Positions 9,321 to 17,873 of a stretch of 39,512 nucleotides of DNA are shown here, piece after piece. The notes under the pieces are model-generated. The model did no database searches. It saw nothing but the letters and a program-made list of their open reading frames with translations, and was not told where the DNA came from. Made by a program: the position numbers and the translations under genes. Position 1 is the stretch's first letter; each line of letters opens with the position of its first letter. The DNA is from a virus. Lineage: Duplodnaviria > Caudoviricetes. The stretch covers positions 1-39,512 of IMG/VR virus record IMGVR_UViG_3300050330_000106; one strand, 5' to 3'.

Positions 9321-9851
9321 ATGGCCAAGAAGCCGACCCGTCACAAAACCGCAGCCGCCCCGGTGCCCGTGCCGCAGACCCGCGACCAGGTCTCGAACCA
9401 CATCCGGGAGATCGGCGAGCGCAACCGCGAGCTCATGCGCATCACCGCCGCGATGAACGACGAGCTCGCCGCCGTCAAGGAGCGTTGGGAAGCCGAAGCC
9501 CAGCCGCACTCGCAGCGCATCGAATCGCTCACCGCCGGCATCCAGATCTGGAGCGAGGCCAACCGCGACACGCTCACCCAGGGCGGCAAGACGAAGACCG
9601 CGACCTTCCCGGCCGGCGAGATCGCGTGGCGCCTGCGCCCGCCGTCGGTGCGCGTCACCGGTGCCGAAGCCGTCCTCGATGCGCTGCGCCGCCTGGGGCT
9701 CTCGCGCTTCGTCCGCCAGAAGGACGAAGTGAACAAGGAAGCCATCCTCAACGAGCCCGCGGCGGTCGCGAACGTGCCCGGCATCAGCATCAGCCAGGGC
9801 GAGGACTTCGTCGTCACGCCGTTCGAGGCCGAGCTGTCGGAGGCGGTGTGA
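9321..9851 (+). CDS. gam: Host-nuclease inhibitor Gam (Mu-type)
   Basis: Coiled-coil N-terminus, then GKTKTATFPAGEIAWRLRPPSV...EVNKEAIL. AGGAG RBS. Confidence 0.92.
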   Translation: MAKKPTRHKTAAAPVPVPQTRDQVSNHIREIGERNRELMRITAAMNDELAAVKERWEAEAQPHSQRIESLTAGIQIWSEANRDTLTQGGKTKTATFPAGEIAWRLRPPSVRVTGAEAVLDALRRLGLSRFVRQKDEVNKEAILNEPAAVANVPGISISQGEDFVVTPFEAELSEAV

Positions 9852-10762
9852 TGTTCTTCAGGAACCTGATGATCTACCGCCTCCCCGCGCCTTGGCATGT
9901 GACCGCCGAGCAGCTCGAAGAGCAGCTCTCCCGCAAGCGGTTTGTTGCCTGCGGCAGCCAAGACGCAGAAACCCGCGGTTGGGTGTCGCCCACTGGTGAC
10001 GAGTTCCTCGTCCATCGTGTCGGCGAACAGTGGCTGATTGCGCTCGGCACGGAACAGAAGCTGCTGCCGTCGGCGGTCGTCGCCCAGGAGGCCGAGAAGC
10101 GCGCGGAGGAGATCGCCGAGCGGCAGGGCTACAAGCTCGGCCGCAAGCAGATGAAGGACCTGCGCGAGCAGGTGATGCAGGAACTCCTGCCGCGCGCCTT
10201 CACCCGACAGCGCCGCGTCTTCGCGTGGATCGACTCTGTCGGCGGTTGGCTCGCGATCGACGCCCCGAGTCAGGTGCGCGCCGAGGATCTCCTCGAAGTG
10301 CTGCGCCAGTCGCTCGACGAGTTGCCGCTCTCCCTCGTCCGTACCGAGTGCTCACCCACTTCCGCGATGGCTGATTGGCTCGCGGCCAACGAGGCGCCGG
10401 AAGGCTTCACGATCGATCAGGACTGCGAGCTGCGCTCGGTCAGCGAGGACAAGGCCGCGGTGCGCTACGTGCGCCACGCGCTGGAAGGCGACGAGGTGCG
10501 CGGCCACCTGGGCGCGGGGAAGCTGCCGACACGGCTCGCCCTCACCTTCGATGATCGCGTGAGCTTCGTGCTGACCGAAAAGCTTGAGATCAAGCGGCTC
10601 GACTTCCTCGACGTCGTCAAGGACAAGCTCGACGAGCAGGGCGCGGAGGACGCGCGCGCGCTGTTCGATGCCGGGTTCGCGTTGATGACCGGCGAGCTGC
10701 GGCGCCTGATCCCCGCCCTTGTGGAGGCGCTCGGCGGCGAGATGAGCCGGGCCGAAGCGTGA
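9851..10762 (+). CDS. rdgC: Recombination-associated protein RdgC
   Basis: MFFRNLMIYRL...GWVSP...EQKLLPSAVV...LLPRAFT...GKLPTRLALTFDDRVSFVLT...FALMTGEL...LVEALGGE. Confidence 0.93.
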   Translation: MFFRNLMIYRLPAPWHVTAEQLEEQLSRKRFVACGSQDAETRGWVSPTGDEFLVHRVGEQWLIALGTEQKLLPSAVVAQEAEKRAEEIAERQGYKLGRKQMKDLREQVMQELLPRAFTRQRRVFAWIDSVGGWLAIDAPSQVRAEDLLEVLRQSLDELPLSLVRTECSPTSAMADWLAANEAPEGFTIDQDCELRSVSEDKAAVRYVRHALEGDEVRGHLGAGKLPTRLALTFDDRVSFVLTEKLEIKRLDFLDVVKDKLDEQGAEDARALFDAGFALMTGELRRLIPALVEALGGEMSRAEA

Positions 10763-10909
10763 TCGCCGAGAACTGAATACGCATCACCGAAGGAAACCGT
10801 CGGGCACATAACGGAACCAGCCGGTACGGAAAAAGCAAAGAGCCAGCCTGGGGAAACCCGAAATTGGCGGCCGGGAACCGGCAACTCACACAACCAGGAG
10901 CACCACGAG

Positions 10910-11212
10910 ATGAACAAGAAAGAGCTGATCGACGAGCTGCACATGCGCATCAACCGCCCCTCCGATCAACCGGCGGTCACGAAGTCGGCGATCGAGCGCG
11001 TGCTCGACGCCCAGGCGGAGGTCATGCACTCCCATCTGTCGGCCCGCGGCGCGGAGATGGCGCTTCCCGGCATCGGCAAGTTCGCGGCTAAACACCGCGA
11101 CCCGCGCACAGGACGCAACCCCCAAACCGGTGCGCCGGTGGAGATCCCCGCCCGACGCGTGCCGACCTTCTCGGCGTCCAAGATGCTCAAGGATGCAGTC
11201 GCGGGCGCGTAA
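10910..11212 (+). CDS. HU-family DNA-binding protein
   Basis: MNKKELID...LPGIGKF...RTGRNPQTGAPVEIPARRVPTFSASKMLKDAV. Confidence 0.92.
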   Translation: MNKKELIDELHMRINRPSDQPAVTKSAIERVLDAQAEVMHSHLSARGAEMALPGIGKFAAKHRDPRTGRNPQTGAPVEIPARRVPTFSASKMLKDAVAGA

Positions 11213-11278
11213 CCGTCTGGCTCGATGGCCTCGTTACAACGGGGCCATCCGGCGAGACAGGTAACGCCAGGAGGAAGA

Positions 11279-11704
11279 ATGCTCACGAAGGAACAATGGG
11301 CGCAGGTCGAGGCCGACCTGTCGCACCCGTACTGCCCCGTCGGCCTGCGCTGTGACGATCACGAGATCACGATCAAGGTCGAGCGCGAAAAGGGATTGAA
11401 GTTCGTGGTCACCGTCTATGTCGACGGCTGGATCAAGGGCGAATGGTTCAAGGGCGAGCCCGAGCATGTGCGCAAGTTCTGGCGCGAGCATCGCTCGTTC
11501 TTGTGGAAACCCAAGCAGCGCGCCGAGGCCGCGAAGCGGCTGAAGCAGCGCGGGCTGTCGAAGGATAGCCGCGAGTGGTACGGCAAGGTCGTCGAGGCGA
11601 AAACCGATCCCATGTGGTTCCCGCACTGGCCGAACGCGAAGGCCCTGTGCCGCCATCTGCGCAAGACCTGCACGACGATTGAACGCCTCCAGCCGGAGAC
11701 CTGA
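11279..11704 (+). CDS. Phage hypothetical protein
   Basis: AGGAGG RBS before MLTKEQWAQVEADL. Trp/Lys-rich, in operon. Confidence 0.7.
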   Translation: MLTKEQWAQVEADLSHPYCPVGLRCDDHEITIKVEREKGLKFVVTVYVDGWIKGEWFKGEPEHVRKFWREHRSFLWKPKQRAEAAKRLKQRGLSKDSREWYGKVVEAKTDPMWFPHWPNAKALCRHLRKTCTTIERLQPET

Positions 11705-11706
11705 CC

Positions 11707-12141
11707 ATGGCCGCATCCGCCCCCCTCGCCGTGCAGATCGCCGCCCGCCGCCGCGCCGTGTTCGCGGCCTGCAAGGCCAACGGTCTCGACGACGACGCGC
11801 GCCGCCTGCTGGTGAAGAACCTCACCGGCTGCGCGAGCCTCGCCGATTGCACGATGGGCCAGCTCTCCGAAGTGCTGAACCACCTCAACCGTGGGAAGAA
11901 CGGCTACGCCGGCCGCAAGCGCACGACGCCGACCGCCGACCGCGCGCCGCTGCTTGCAAAGATCGACGCGCTGCTCGCCGAGCTGCATCGCGTCACCGGC
12001 GAAGTGCATACGCTCAAGTACGCCGACGCGATCGCCAAGCGCAACGGCTGGGCCGAGTGCGTCGACTTCGCCGATCCGGTCGCGCTCAAGCACATCGTCG
12101 GCGCGCTCAACCGCACGCTGCAGCACAAGCTCGCGAAATGA
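11707..12141 (+). CDS. gemA: GemA/gp16-family regulatory protein
   Basis: GLDDDARRLLVKNLTGCASLADCT..QL.EVL.HL and KI.ALL motifs, directly upstream of mor. Confidence 0.8.
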   Translation: MAASAPLAVQIAARRRAVFAACKANGLDDDARRLLVKNLTGCASLADCTMGQLSEVLNHLNRGKNGYAGRKRTTPTADRAPLLAKIDALLAELHRVTGEVHTLKYADAIAKRNGWAECVDFADPVALKHIVGALNRTLQHKLAK

Positions 12142-12578
12142 AGCGCCCCCCGCCTCCGATCCTCGAATCAGACCTCCCCGCGACCGCACGCGACCTCGTG
12201 CGCCTGGTCGGCTGGGCGAAGGCCGAGGCGCTTATCCGCGAGCTGGGCGGCATCCCGTACCCGGTGCCGAAAGCGGCCGACAACAACGCGGCAGGGGCAA
12301 TGCGCTTCGAGCGCCTGGCCGAGATCGTCGGCACGCGCGGCGCAGACCGCATCGTCGGCGAGTACGGCGGCGACGTGATGGAGATCCCGAACTGCAAGAC
12401 GGCGATCGCCCGTGCGCGGATGCGGGCCATGCGAGCGCGCTGCGACGCCGGCGCCACGCTCGAAGAGATCGCGCTGGAGTTCGGCTGCACGACGCGCTGG
12501 GTGACGGAGGTGCTGAAGCGCCCCGACGACGGCGCGGGCCGGGTGCTGGAGCGTGGTGGGCAGATGGGGCTGTTCTGA
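12138..12578 (+). CDS. mor: Mor/C-family transcription activator
   Basis: LP...DLV.LVG...A..LI..LGG...VP, then a C-terminal HTH (TLEEIALEFGCTTRWVTEVL). Confidence 0.85.
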   Translation: MKRPPPPILESDLPATARDLVRLVGWAKAEALIRELGGIPYPVPKAADNNAAGAMRFERLAEIVGTRGADRIVGEYGGDVMEIPNCKTAIARARMRAMRARCDAGATLEEIALEFGCTTRWVTEVLKRPDDGAGRVLERGGQMGLF

Positions 12579-12621
12579 GGCGATGCAAAGCCGCTAGACT
12601 GTTGCCCGTCCGGACCCCCAC

Positions 12622-12645
12622 AGCCCCGCCCCGAGCGGGGCTTTT
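12622..12645 (+). terminator. Intrinsic terminator ending the early/middle operon
   Basis: AGCCCCGC-cccga-GCGGGGCT followed by TTT. Confidence 0.7.
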
Positions 12646-12656
12646 CAATTCTCCCG

Positions 12657-12699
12657 GAACCGCTTCCCCTCCAGGCCGCCTCGCGCGCCCGCGTAGCCT
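12657..12699 (+). promoter_or_regulatory. Late promoter 1 (lysis): activator site plus -10
   Basis: GAACCGCTTCCCCTCC, with TAGCCT 37 nt downstream. The motif recurs at 22128 and 26970. Confidence 0.65.
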
Positions 12700-12705
12700 C
12701 GCGTC

Positions 12706-13215
12706 ATGGCTACGCGACAGATCGACCTCATCGTCATCCACTGCTCCGCGACCCCGAACGGGCGCTGGACGAGCACGCTGGACATCGACCACTGGCACGC
12801 CGAGCGCGGTTTCCGCCGCCAGTCCGGCGCCGCCGCTCACTACAACCCCGACCTCAAGAGCATCGGCTACCACTGGGTGCTCTACCCGAATGGTGCGCGT
12901 GCGACCGGGCGACACGCGTCCGAAGTCGGCGCGCACGCCCGTGGCGTGAATGCCCGCTCGCTCGGTATCTGCCTCGTCGGCACCGATCGCTACACCTACG
13001 CGCAGTGGGGCGCGCTGCTCGACCAGGTGCGCCACCTCTGCGCCACCCATCACGTGCCGCTGCAGCACGCCGACGCCCGTAACGGGTACGTCGGCGTCTG
13101 TGGGCACCGCGATCTCGCGGGCGTCGCGAAGACCTGCCCCGGCTTCGAGGTCGCCGACTGGCTCGACCAGGATCTGCTGCCGCTCGCCGATCACCTTCTG
13201 GAGACTCCCCGATGA
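12706..13215 (+). CDS. Endolysin, N-acetylmuramoyl-L-alanine amidase (T7 lysozyme-like)
   Basis: LIVIHCSAT...IGYHWV...GAHARG.N..SLGICLVG...GHRD...KTCPGF. Confidence 0.92.
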   Translation: MATRQIDLIVIHCSATPNGRWTSTLDIDHWHAERGFRRQSGAAAHYNPDLKSIGYHWVLYPNGARATGRHASEVGAHARGVNARSLGICLVGTDRYTYAQWGALLDQVRHLCATHHVPLQHADARNGYVGVCGHRDLAGVAKTCPGFEVADWLDQDLLPLADHLLETPR

Positions 13216-13412
13216 CCGTCCGCGTTTCCATCACGCATCACGACGCCGAGCCGCCCGCACTCGTCGCCGAAGAGTTCTATATCGGCCCGGGCGGTGAAGT
13301 GAGCGACGCGCCGGTGCGCGCGACCGAGGTCCCGGCGGGCGCGACCGCGACGGTGCATCTGCGCTCGGGCAACGTGCTCGTCCTGCGCGAATCCGACCGG
13401 TGGGAGCGCTGA
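13212..13412 (+). CDS. Small hypothetical protein in lysis cassette
   Basis: ATGA coupling. Fills the gap between endolysin and holin. Confidence 0.6.
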   Translation: MTVRVSITHHDAEPPALVAEEFYIGPGGEVSDAPVRATEVPAGATATVHLRSGNVLVLRESDRWER

Positions 13413-13413
13413 G

Positions 13414-13839
13414 ATGGCGATCGCGATTCCCGTCCTCGACCGGGTGCTGGAGTTCGGCAGCGAGATCCTCAAGCGCGCGATTCCCGACCCCGCGCAGCGT
13501 GCCGCGGCCGAGCTCGAACTCTATCGCGCGCGTCAGGCGGGCGAGCTCGACGCCGTGCGGGTGCAGCTCTCCGCGATCGTCGCCGAGGCGAACAGCGCTG
13601 ACCCCTGGACGAGCCGCGCCCGGCCGAGCTTCATGTACGTGATGTACGTGATGATCCTCGCGTCCATCCCGGTCGGCATCGCGCACGTATTCAACCCGCA
13701 GGCGGCCGCCGCCTTCACCGCGGGCGTGACCGCGTGGCTCGCCGCGCTGCCCGAGGAGCTGTGGTGGCTCTTCGGCTCCGGCTATCTCGGTTACACCGGC
13801 GCGCGCATGTTGGAGAAGCGCAAGGGGCCGCGCAGGTGA
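13414..13839 (+). CDS. Holin (3TM / GTA-holin-like family)
   Basis: IVAEANSADPWTSRARPSFMYVMY...LPEELWWLFGSGYLGYTGARMLEK. Confidence 0.85.
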   Translation: MAIAIPVLDRVLEFGSEILKRAIPDPAQRAAAELELYRARQAGELDAVRVQLSAIVAEANSADPWTSRARPSFMYVMYVMILASIPVGIAHVFNPQAAAAFTAGVTAWLAALPEELWWLFGSGYLGYTGARMLEKRKGPRR

Positions 13840-14189
13840 GCTTCGACGAGATCAAGTTCGGCATTGCCGTCCTCGGCAGCCTCATCAACGCCGCCGCCTC
13901 GACCGGGCTGTGGCTCTACGTGCGCTACGGCGATCGCAACAAGGAAGTCGACCGGAAGTTCTCGGAGCTGCGCACCGACTTCGACGGCCGCGCCGACGAG
14001 CAGGACCGCCGGCTGGCGCGGCTGGAGGGGCGGCTGGAGCGGTCTCCCACGCACGACGACCTGGGCAAGCTCTACGACAAGATCAACACGACTTCGCAGG
14101 CCGTCAGCCAGATGGCCGGCGAGATGAAGGGCATGAACGACACGCTGCGCCTGATCCTCGCGCAGATCGCCGAAAAAGGAATGCGATGA
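13836..14189 (+). CDS. Membrane-anchored coiled-coil protein (Mu gp25/DUF2730-like)
   Basis: N-terminal TM, then RLARLEGRLERSPTHDDL coiled coil. Confidence 0.75.
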   Translation: MSFDEIKFGIAVLGSLINAAASTGLWLYVRYGDRNKEVDRKFSELRTDFDGRADEQDRRLARLEGRLERSPTHDDLGKLYDKINTTSQAVSQMAGEMKGMNDTLRLILAQIAEKGMR

Positions 14190-14479
14190 ACACCGCCGAA
14201 CAGATCGTCACCGTCGACCGCCGCCGCGCGATCCTCGCCGCGCTGATGGTCGCGCCGAGTTACATGATGCCGGCCCGCGGCCTGCGCGAGCAGATCGCGC
14301 TCGTCGGCTATGCAGTCAGCCTCGACCGCCTCGCGACCGACTGCGCGTGGCTCGCCGAGCAAGGGCTGATCGCGTGGCAGAACGACGTCGCGACGCTCGG
14401 CGACCGCGGCGCCGACGTCGTCCTCGGGCGCGCCCAGGTGCCGGGCGTGAAGCGGCCGGAGCCGGGGCAGCTGCAATGA
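14186..14479 (+). CDS. Mu gp26-like winged-helix protein
   Basis: DRRRAIL..L...S.D......WLAEQGL.......ATL..RG.DV..GRA.VPGVKRP. Confidence 0.85.
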   Translation: MNTAEQIVTVDRRRAILAALMVAPSYMMPARGLREQIALVGYAVSLDRLATDCAWLAEQGLIAWQNDVATLGDRGADVVLGRAQVPGVKRPEPGQLQ

Positions 14480-14622
14480 ATAATGTCGGCGCGTTCCTGA
14501 TCGCCCTCGCGCTGGTGGCTGGGCTCTTCGACATCGCCTCGGCGATCCGCCACGCGAACGTCAGCGTCAATTTCACCGTCCCGATGCGGATCACAACCGA
14601 GGCCGACGATGGCGCACGGTGA
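14476..14622 (+). CDS. Small membrane protein
   Basis: ATGA coupling. Hydrophobic GAFLIALALVAGLFDIA. Confidence 0.5.
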   Translation: MNNVGAFLIALALVAGLFDIASAIRHANVSVNFTVPMRITTEADDGAR

Positions 14623-15109
14623 AGACACCCGCCGTGCCGTCCGCGGCGCCTACGTCTTCGACCAGCTCGGGCTCGAAGTCGCCGCGGTCAAGGAAGGCGT
14701 TCCCGTCGCGACCGCGCGGCGCTGGAAGCGCGAGGCGAAGGACGCGGGCGACGACTGGGACAAGGCGCGCAGCGCCCAGATGATCGCCGGGGGCGGCATC
14801 GAGGACGTCGTGCGGCAGACGCTCGCCGTCGTCGTGCAGCAGGTGCAGGCCACCGTCGAATCCATCCAGGCCGCGCCCGACATGGATCCGGCGACGAAGG
14901 TGCAGATGCTCGCGAGCCTCGCCGATGCGTATCACAAGCTGATGAGCGTCTCGAAACGGCTGATGCCGGAGACCGACAAGCTCGCAATCGCGATGGATGT
15001 GTTGAAGCGCTTCGGGGAGTTCATCTCGAAGCGCAAGCCGGCACTGGCCGGGGAATTCGTGGAGCAGATTGAAGCGTTCGGGGATGAGATTGCGAGGGCG
15101 TATGGCTAA
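14609..15109 (+). CDS. DUF1804-family protein, probable terminase small subunit
   Basis: MAH..TRRAVR..YVF..L.LE.AA...GV...TARRWK..AK..GDDWDKAR. Confidence 0.85.
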   Translation: MAHGEDTRRAVRGAYVFDQLGLEVAAVKEGVPVATARRWKREAKDAGDDWDKARSAQMIAGGGIEDVVRQTLAVVVQQVQATVESIQAAPDMDPATKVQMLASLADAYHKLMSVSKRLMPETDKLAIAMDVLKRFGEFISKRKPALAGEFVEQIEAFGDEIARAYG

Positions 15110-15332
15110 GGTTTCCGCAGCAGCGCAGCGCGCGCTGTCGATCGTCGCTCACGCGTCGATGGCGAGGCAGCTCGACAAGGAAGTTTTTGCGAAGAGCGGT
15201 GCAGCCGGCTTCTTCGAGTACTGGAAGAAGCAGCTCACGGCCGCCGATCGCGCGATCCTGGACGAGTTCGGCCGTCTGCAGCGTCAGGCGTATGCCGACA
15301 TGGCAAAGATACTGGAGAAGGACGCGCCCTAG
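15102..15332 (+). CDS. Hypothetical protein (moron)
   Basis: Start overlaps the DUF1804 stop. GAGG RBS. 76 aa, helical. Confidence 0.6.
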   Translation: MAKVSAAAQRALSIVAHASMARQLDKEVFAKSGAAGFFEYWKKQLTAADRAILDEFGRLQRQAYADMAKILEKDAP

Positions 15333-15341
15333 GGCATATAG

Positions 15342-15368
15342 AGGCCCGCCGCAAGCGGCCGGGCCTTT
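15342..15368. terminator. Hairpin between convergent moron genes
   Basis: AGGCCC-GCCGC-aa-GCGGC-c-GGGCCT-TT. Confidence 0.45.
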
Positions 15369-15376
15369 CGAAGCAA

Positions 15377-15547
15377 TCAGGTTTCGTAAACTGGCGTAGC
15401 GCCGGAGCCCTTCACCAGGTTGATCGCTGCCAGGCAGTCGGACTTGTTGAAGTAGCCCTCGCCGGAATTGGCAATTTTCCGGTTGTTTCCGGCGGACAAG
15501 TACCAGCGCCAATGACCAACCGAATCTTTGTAGATGTGATACGCCAT
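15377..15547 (-). CDS. YegP/DUF1508-family protein (single domain)
   Basis: YHIYKDSVGHWRWYLSAGNNRKIANSGEGYFNKSDCLAAINLVK signature. GGAGG RBS. Confidence 0.88.
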   Translation of the reverse strand: MAYHIYKDSVGHWRWYLSAGNNRKIANSGEGYFNKSDCLAAINLVKGSGATPVYET

Positions 15548-15785
15548 GCAGACCTCCAATAGTGATGACGGGTTCAAAACATACCTCTTCACCTACCGGC
15601 ACCAGGGAGCCTTTTGGAGCGTGGAAATCAAGGCCACGAGCCCTGAGGATGCCAAGGACCGGGTCAGGAAAATGGCATGGGCAGTCTATGACGGAGAACT
15701 TGTAGCGAAAATCCCTGCAGGACTCGGGCTTGTGACACGTGTCGCGGTGGCGCTTCGAAATTCGCTTGTCGGGAGATTGTCCTGA
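15546..15785 (+). CDS. Small phage hypothetical protein
   Basis: YLFTYRHQGAFWSVEIKATSPEDAKDRV...YDGELVAKIP. Stop overlaps the terminase start (TGATG). Confidence 0.65.
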   Translation: MQTSNSDDGFKTYLFTYRHQGAFWSVEIKATSPEDAKDRVRKMAWAVYDGELVAKIPAGLGLVTRVAVALRNSLVGRLS

Positions 15786-17434
15786 TGGCTACTTCGACCC
15801 GTAAAACCTTCCTCGCCGACCTCGCCAACCTCGCCGCCTCGTTCCGCGCCCGGATCGAGGCGGAAGTCACCGGCTTCGACCCCGACCCCGCCGAGTGCCA
15901 AAAGCGCCGCAAACAGGCGCACGCCGACTTCGGCTTCTTCGTCGGGACCTACTTCCCGCACTACGTCCGCAGCCCGCACCGCTCGCGCCTGCACGACTAC
16001 CTGTTCGCGCGGCTGCCAGAGATCGTCGCAAGCGACAAGAGCGAGACCGACGCGATCGCCGCTCCTCGAGGAGAGGCGAAGTCCACGCTGGTCTCGCAGC
16101 TCTTCGTGCTGTGGTGCCTGGTCACCGGACGCAAGCGTTACCCGGTGATCGTCATGGACTCGATCGACCAGGCGTATCCGATGCTGGAGGCGATCAAGGC
16201 CGAGCTGGAGTTCAACCCGCGGCTGCAGATGGACTTCCCGGAGGTCACCGGCCAGGGGCGCGTGTGGCAGGCCGGGACGATCGTTACCCGCAACGACGCG
16301 AAGGTGCAGGTCGCGGGCTCGGGCAAGAAGCTGCGCGGCCTGCGGCATGGTCCGTACCGGCCCGATCTGGCCGTGCTCGACGACATCGAGAACGACGAGC
16401 AGGTGAGGAACCCGGACCAGCGCGACAAGCTGCAGAGCTGGGTGTCGAAGACGATCCTGCCGCTCGGCGGCGCCGGTGCGAAGTTCGACGTCGTCTATAT
16501 CGGCACCATCCTGCACTACGACTCGGTGCTGAACCGCACGCTCGCGAACCGCATGTGGCGCACCGCGAAGTTCAAGGCGCTGCTGAAGTGGCCGGACCGA
16601 ATGGACTTGTGGGAGCGCTGGGAAGAGCGCCTGAGGAACGACGGCGAGGACGCCGCGGACGCGTTCTACCAGGAGCACCGCGACGCGATGGAGGCCGGCT
16701 CCGAATGCAGTTGGGCCGCCCGCCCGCTGCTCGCGCTGATGAAGATCCGCGCCCGCGACGGCCACGACACCTTCGACAGCGAGTACCAGAACGACCCGGT
16801 CGCCGGCGACAACGCCCCCTTCGCGAAGGTCATCCAGTTCTGGGTCAATCGGCTCGCCGACTGGATCTTCTACGGCGCCTGCGACCCATCGCTCGGCAAG
16901 GCCGGCGCCAGCCGCGACCCGTCGGCGCTCCTGGTCGGCGGCTTCAACCGCTCGACGGGCATCCTGGACGTGGTCGAGGCCGGCATCAAGAAGCGCCTGC
17001 CCGATCGCATCATCGAAGACGTGATCGCCTACCAGGCGGAATACCGCTGCCTGCTGTGGGTGATCGAGACCGTGCAGTTCCAGGCCTTCCTGTACTCGGA
17101 GCTGGTGAAGCGCGCCGCTGCCCGCGGCATCCCCGTCCCGGCGCGCGGCGTGCAGCCGATCGCCGACAAGCTGCTGCGCATCGAATCCATTCAGCCGCAC
17201 ATGAGTAACGGCCTGATCCGGCTGCACCCGAGCCAGACGACGCTGATCGACCAGCTGCGCCACTTCCCGAAAGCCGACCATGACGACGGCCCGGACGCGC
17301 TGCAGATGTTGTGGATGGCGGCGACCAGCGGCATGGGGAGCATCGGCGGGTTTCAGAGCGTGTCGCGGCATGGGGGCGGCGGGGGCGCCAGCGGTGAGGA
17401 TTTCGGCGGGTTCGGGTCGCGGAGGATGTTTTGA
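15785..17434 (+). CDS. Terminase large subunit (Mu gp28-like)
   Basis: AAPRGEAKST Walker A, AVLDDIEND Walker B, YIGT, nuclease motifs ACDPS and HDDGPDAL. Confidence 0.95.
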   Translation: MATSTRKTFLADLANLAASFRARIEAEVTGFDPDPAECQKRRKQAHADFGFFVGTYFPHYVRSPHRSRLHDYLFARLPEIVASDKSETDAIAAPRGEAKSTLVSQLFVLWCLVTGRKRYPVIVMDSIDQAYPMLEAIKAELEFNPRLQMDFPEVTGQGRVWQAGTIVTRNDAKVQVAGSGKKLRGLRHGPYRPDLAVLDDIENDEQVRNPDQRDKLQSWVSKTILPLGGAGAKFDVVYIGTILHYDSVLNRTLANRMWRTAKFKALLKWPDRMDLWERWEERLRNDGEDAADAFYQEHRDAMEAGSECSWAARPLLALMKIRARDGHDTFDSEYQNDPVAGDNAPFAKVIQFWVNRLADWIFYGACDPSLGKAGASRDPSALLVGGFNRSTGILDVVEAGIKKRLPDRIIEDVIAYQAEYRCLLWVIETVQFQAFLYSELVKRAAARGIPVPARGVQPIADKLLRIESIQPHMSNGLIRLHPSQTTLIDQLRHFPKADHDDGPDALQMLWMAATSGMGSIGGFQSVSRHGGGGGASGEDFGGFGSRRMF

Positions 17435-17682
17435 TGAGAAGAGAAGTGACGGAACAGGATTTCCGCATGCCGGAGTTTCGGGACGCGGACCCAGAAGATT
17501 ACGAGTTTCGCGCCGATGGGAAGGTCGTTCGAAAAGACCGCTGGGAGGACGGCATCCATCGTATTCGGCATGCGCTAGGCGACAACCGGCACGAGTTTGA
17601 AATCAGTGAGATCGTTGCAGCAGTGCGTGCGCTGGTCGCCGCCGCTGCCCCGCCGCCGGGGGACGAGGAGGAGTCGCTGTGA
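17431..17682 (+). CDS. Hypothetical protein (moron)
   Basis: Coupled to the terminase stop. FRMPEFRDADPEDYEFRADGKVVRKDRWE. Confidence 0.65.
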   Translation: MMRREVTEQDFRMPEFRDADPEDYEFRADGKVVRKDRWEDGIHRIRHALGDNRHEFEISEIVAAVRALVAAAAPPPGDEEESL

Positions 17683-17873
17683 TGCTGTACCGCCATCTCA
17701 AGACCGGCAAGGTCTATCGGCTCCTCGCATTCGGCACCGACTGCACCAACGCCCGCAGCGGCACGACGGTCGCGATCTACTGCCCCGACGACAACGAGCA
17801 CACGATCTACGTGCGGGAGCTCGACGAGTTCGAGGCTCGCTTCCTCCCGATCTCTCCGGAATCCGCTGCATGA
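17679..17873 (+). CDS. DUF1653-like small protein
   Basis: YRH.K.G..Y.........T......V.IY........YVR...EF..RF pattern. Confidence 0.75.
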   Translation: MMLYRHLKTGKVYRLLAFGTDCTNARSGTTVAIYCPDDNEHTIYVRELDEFEARFLPISPESAA

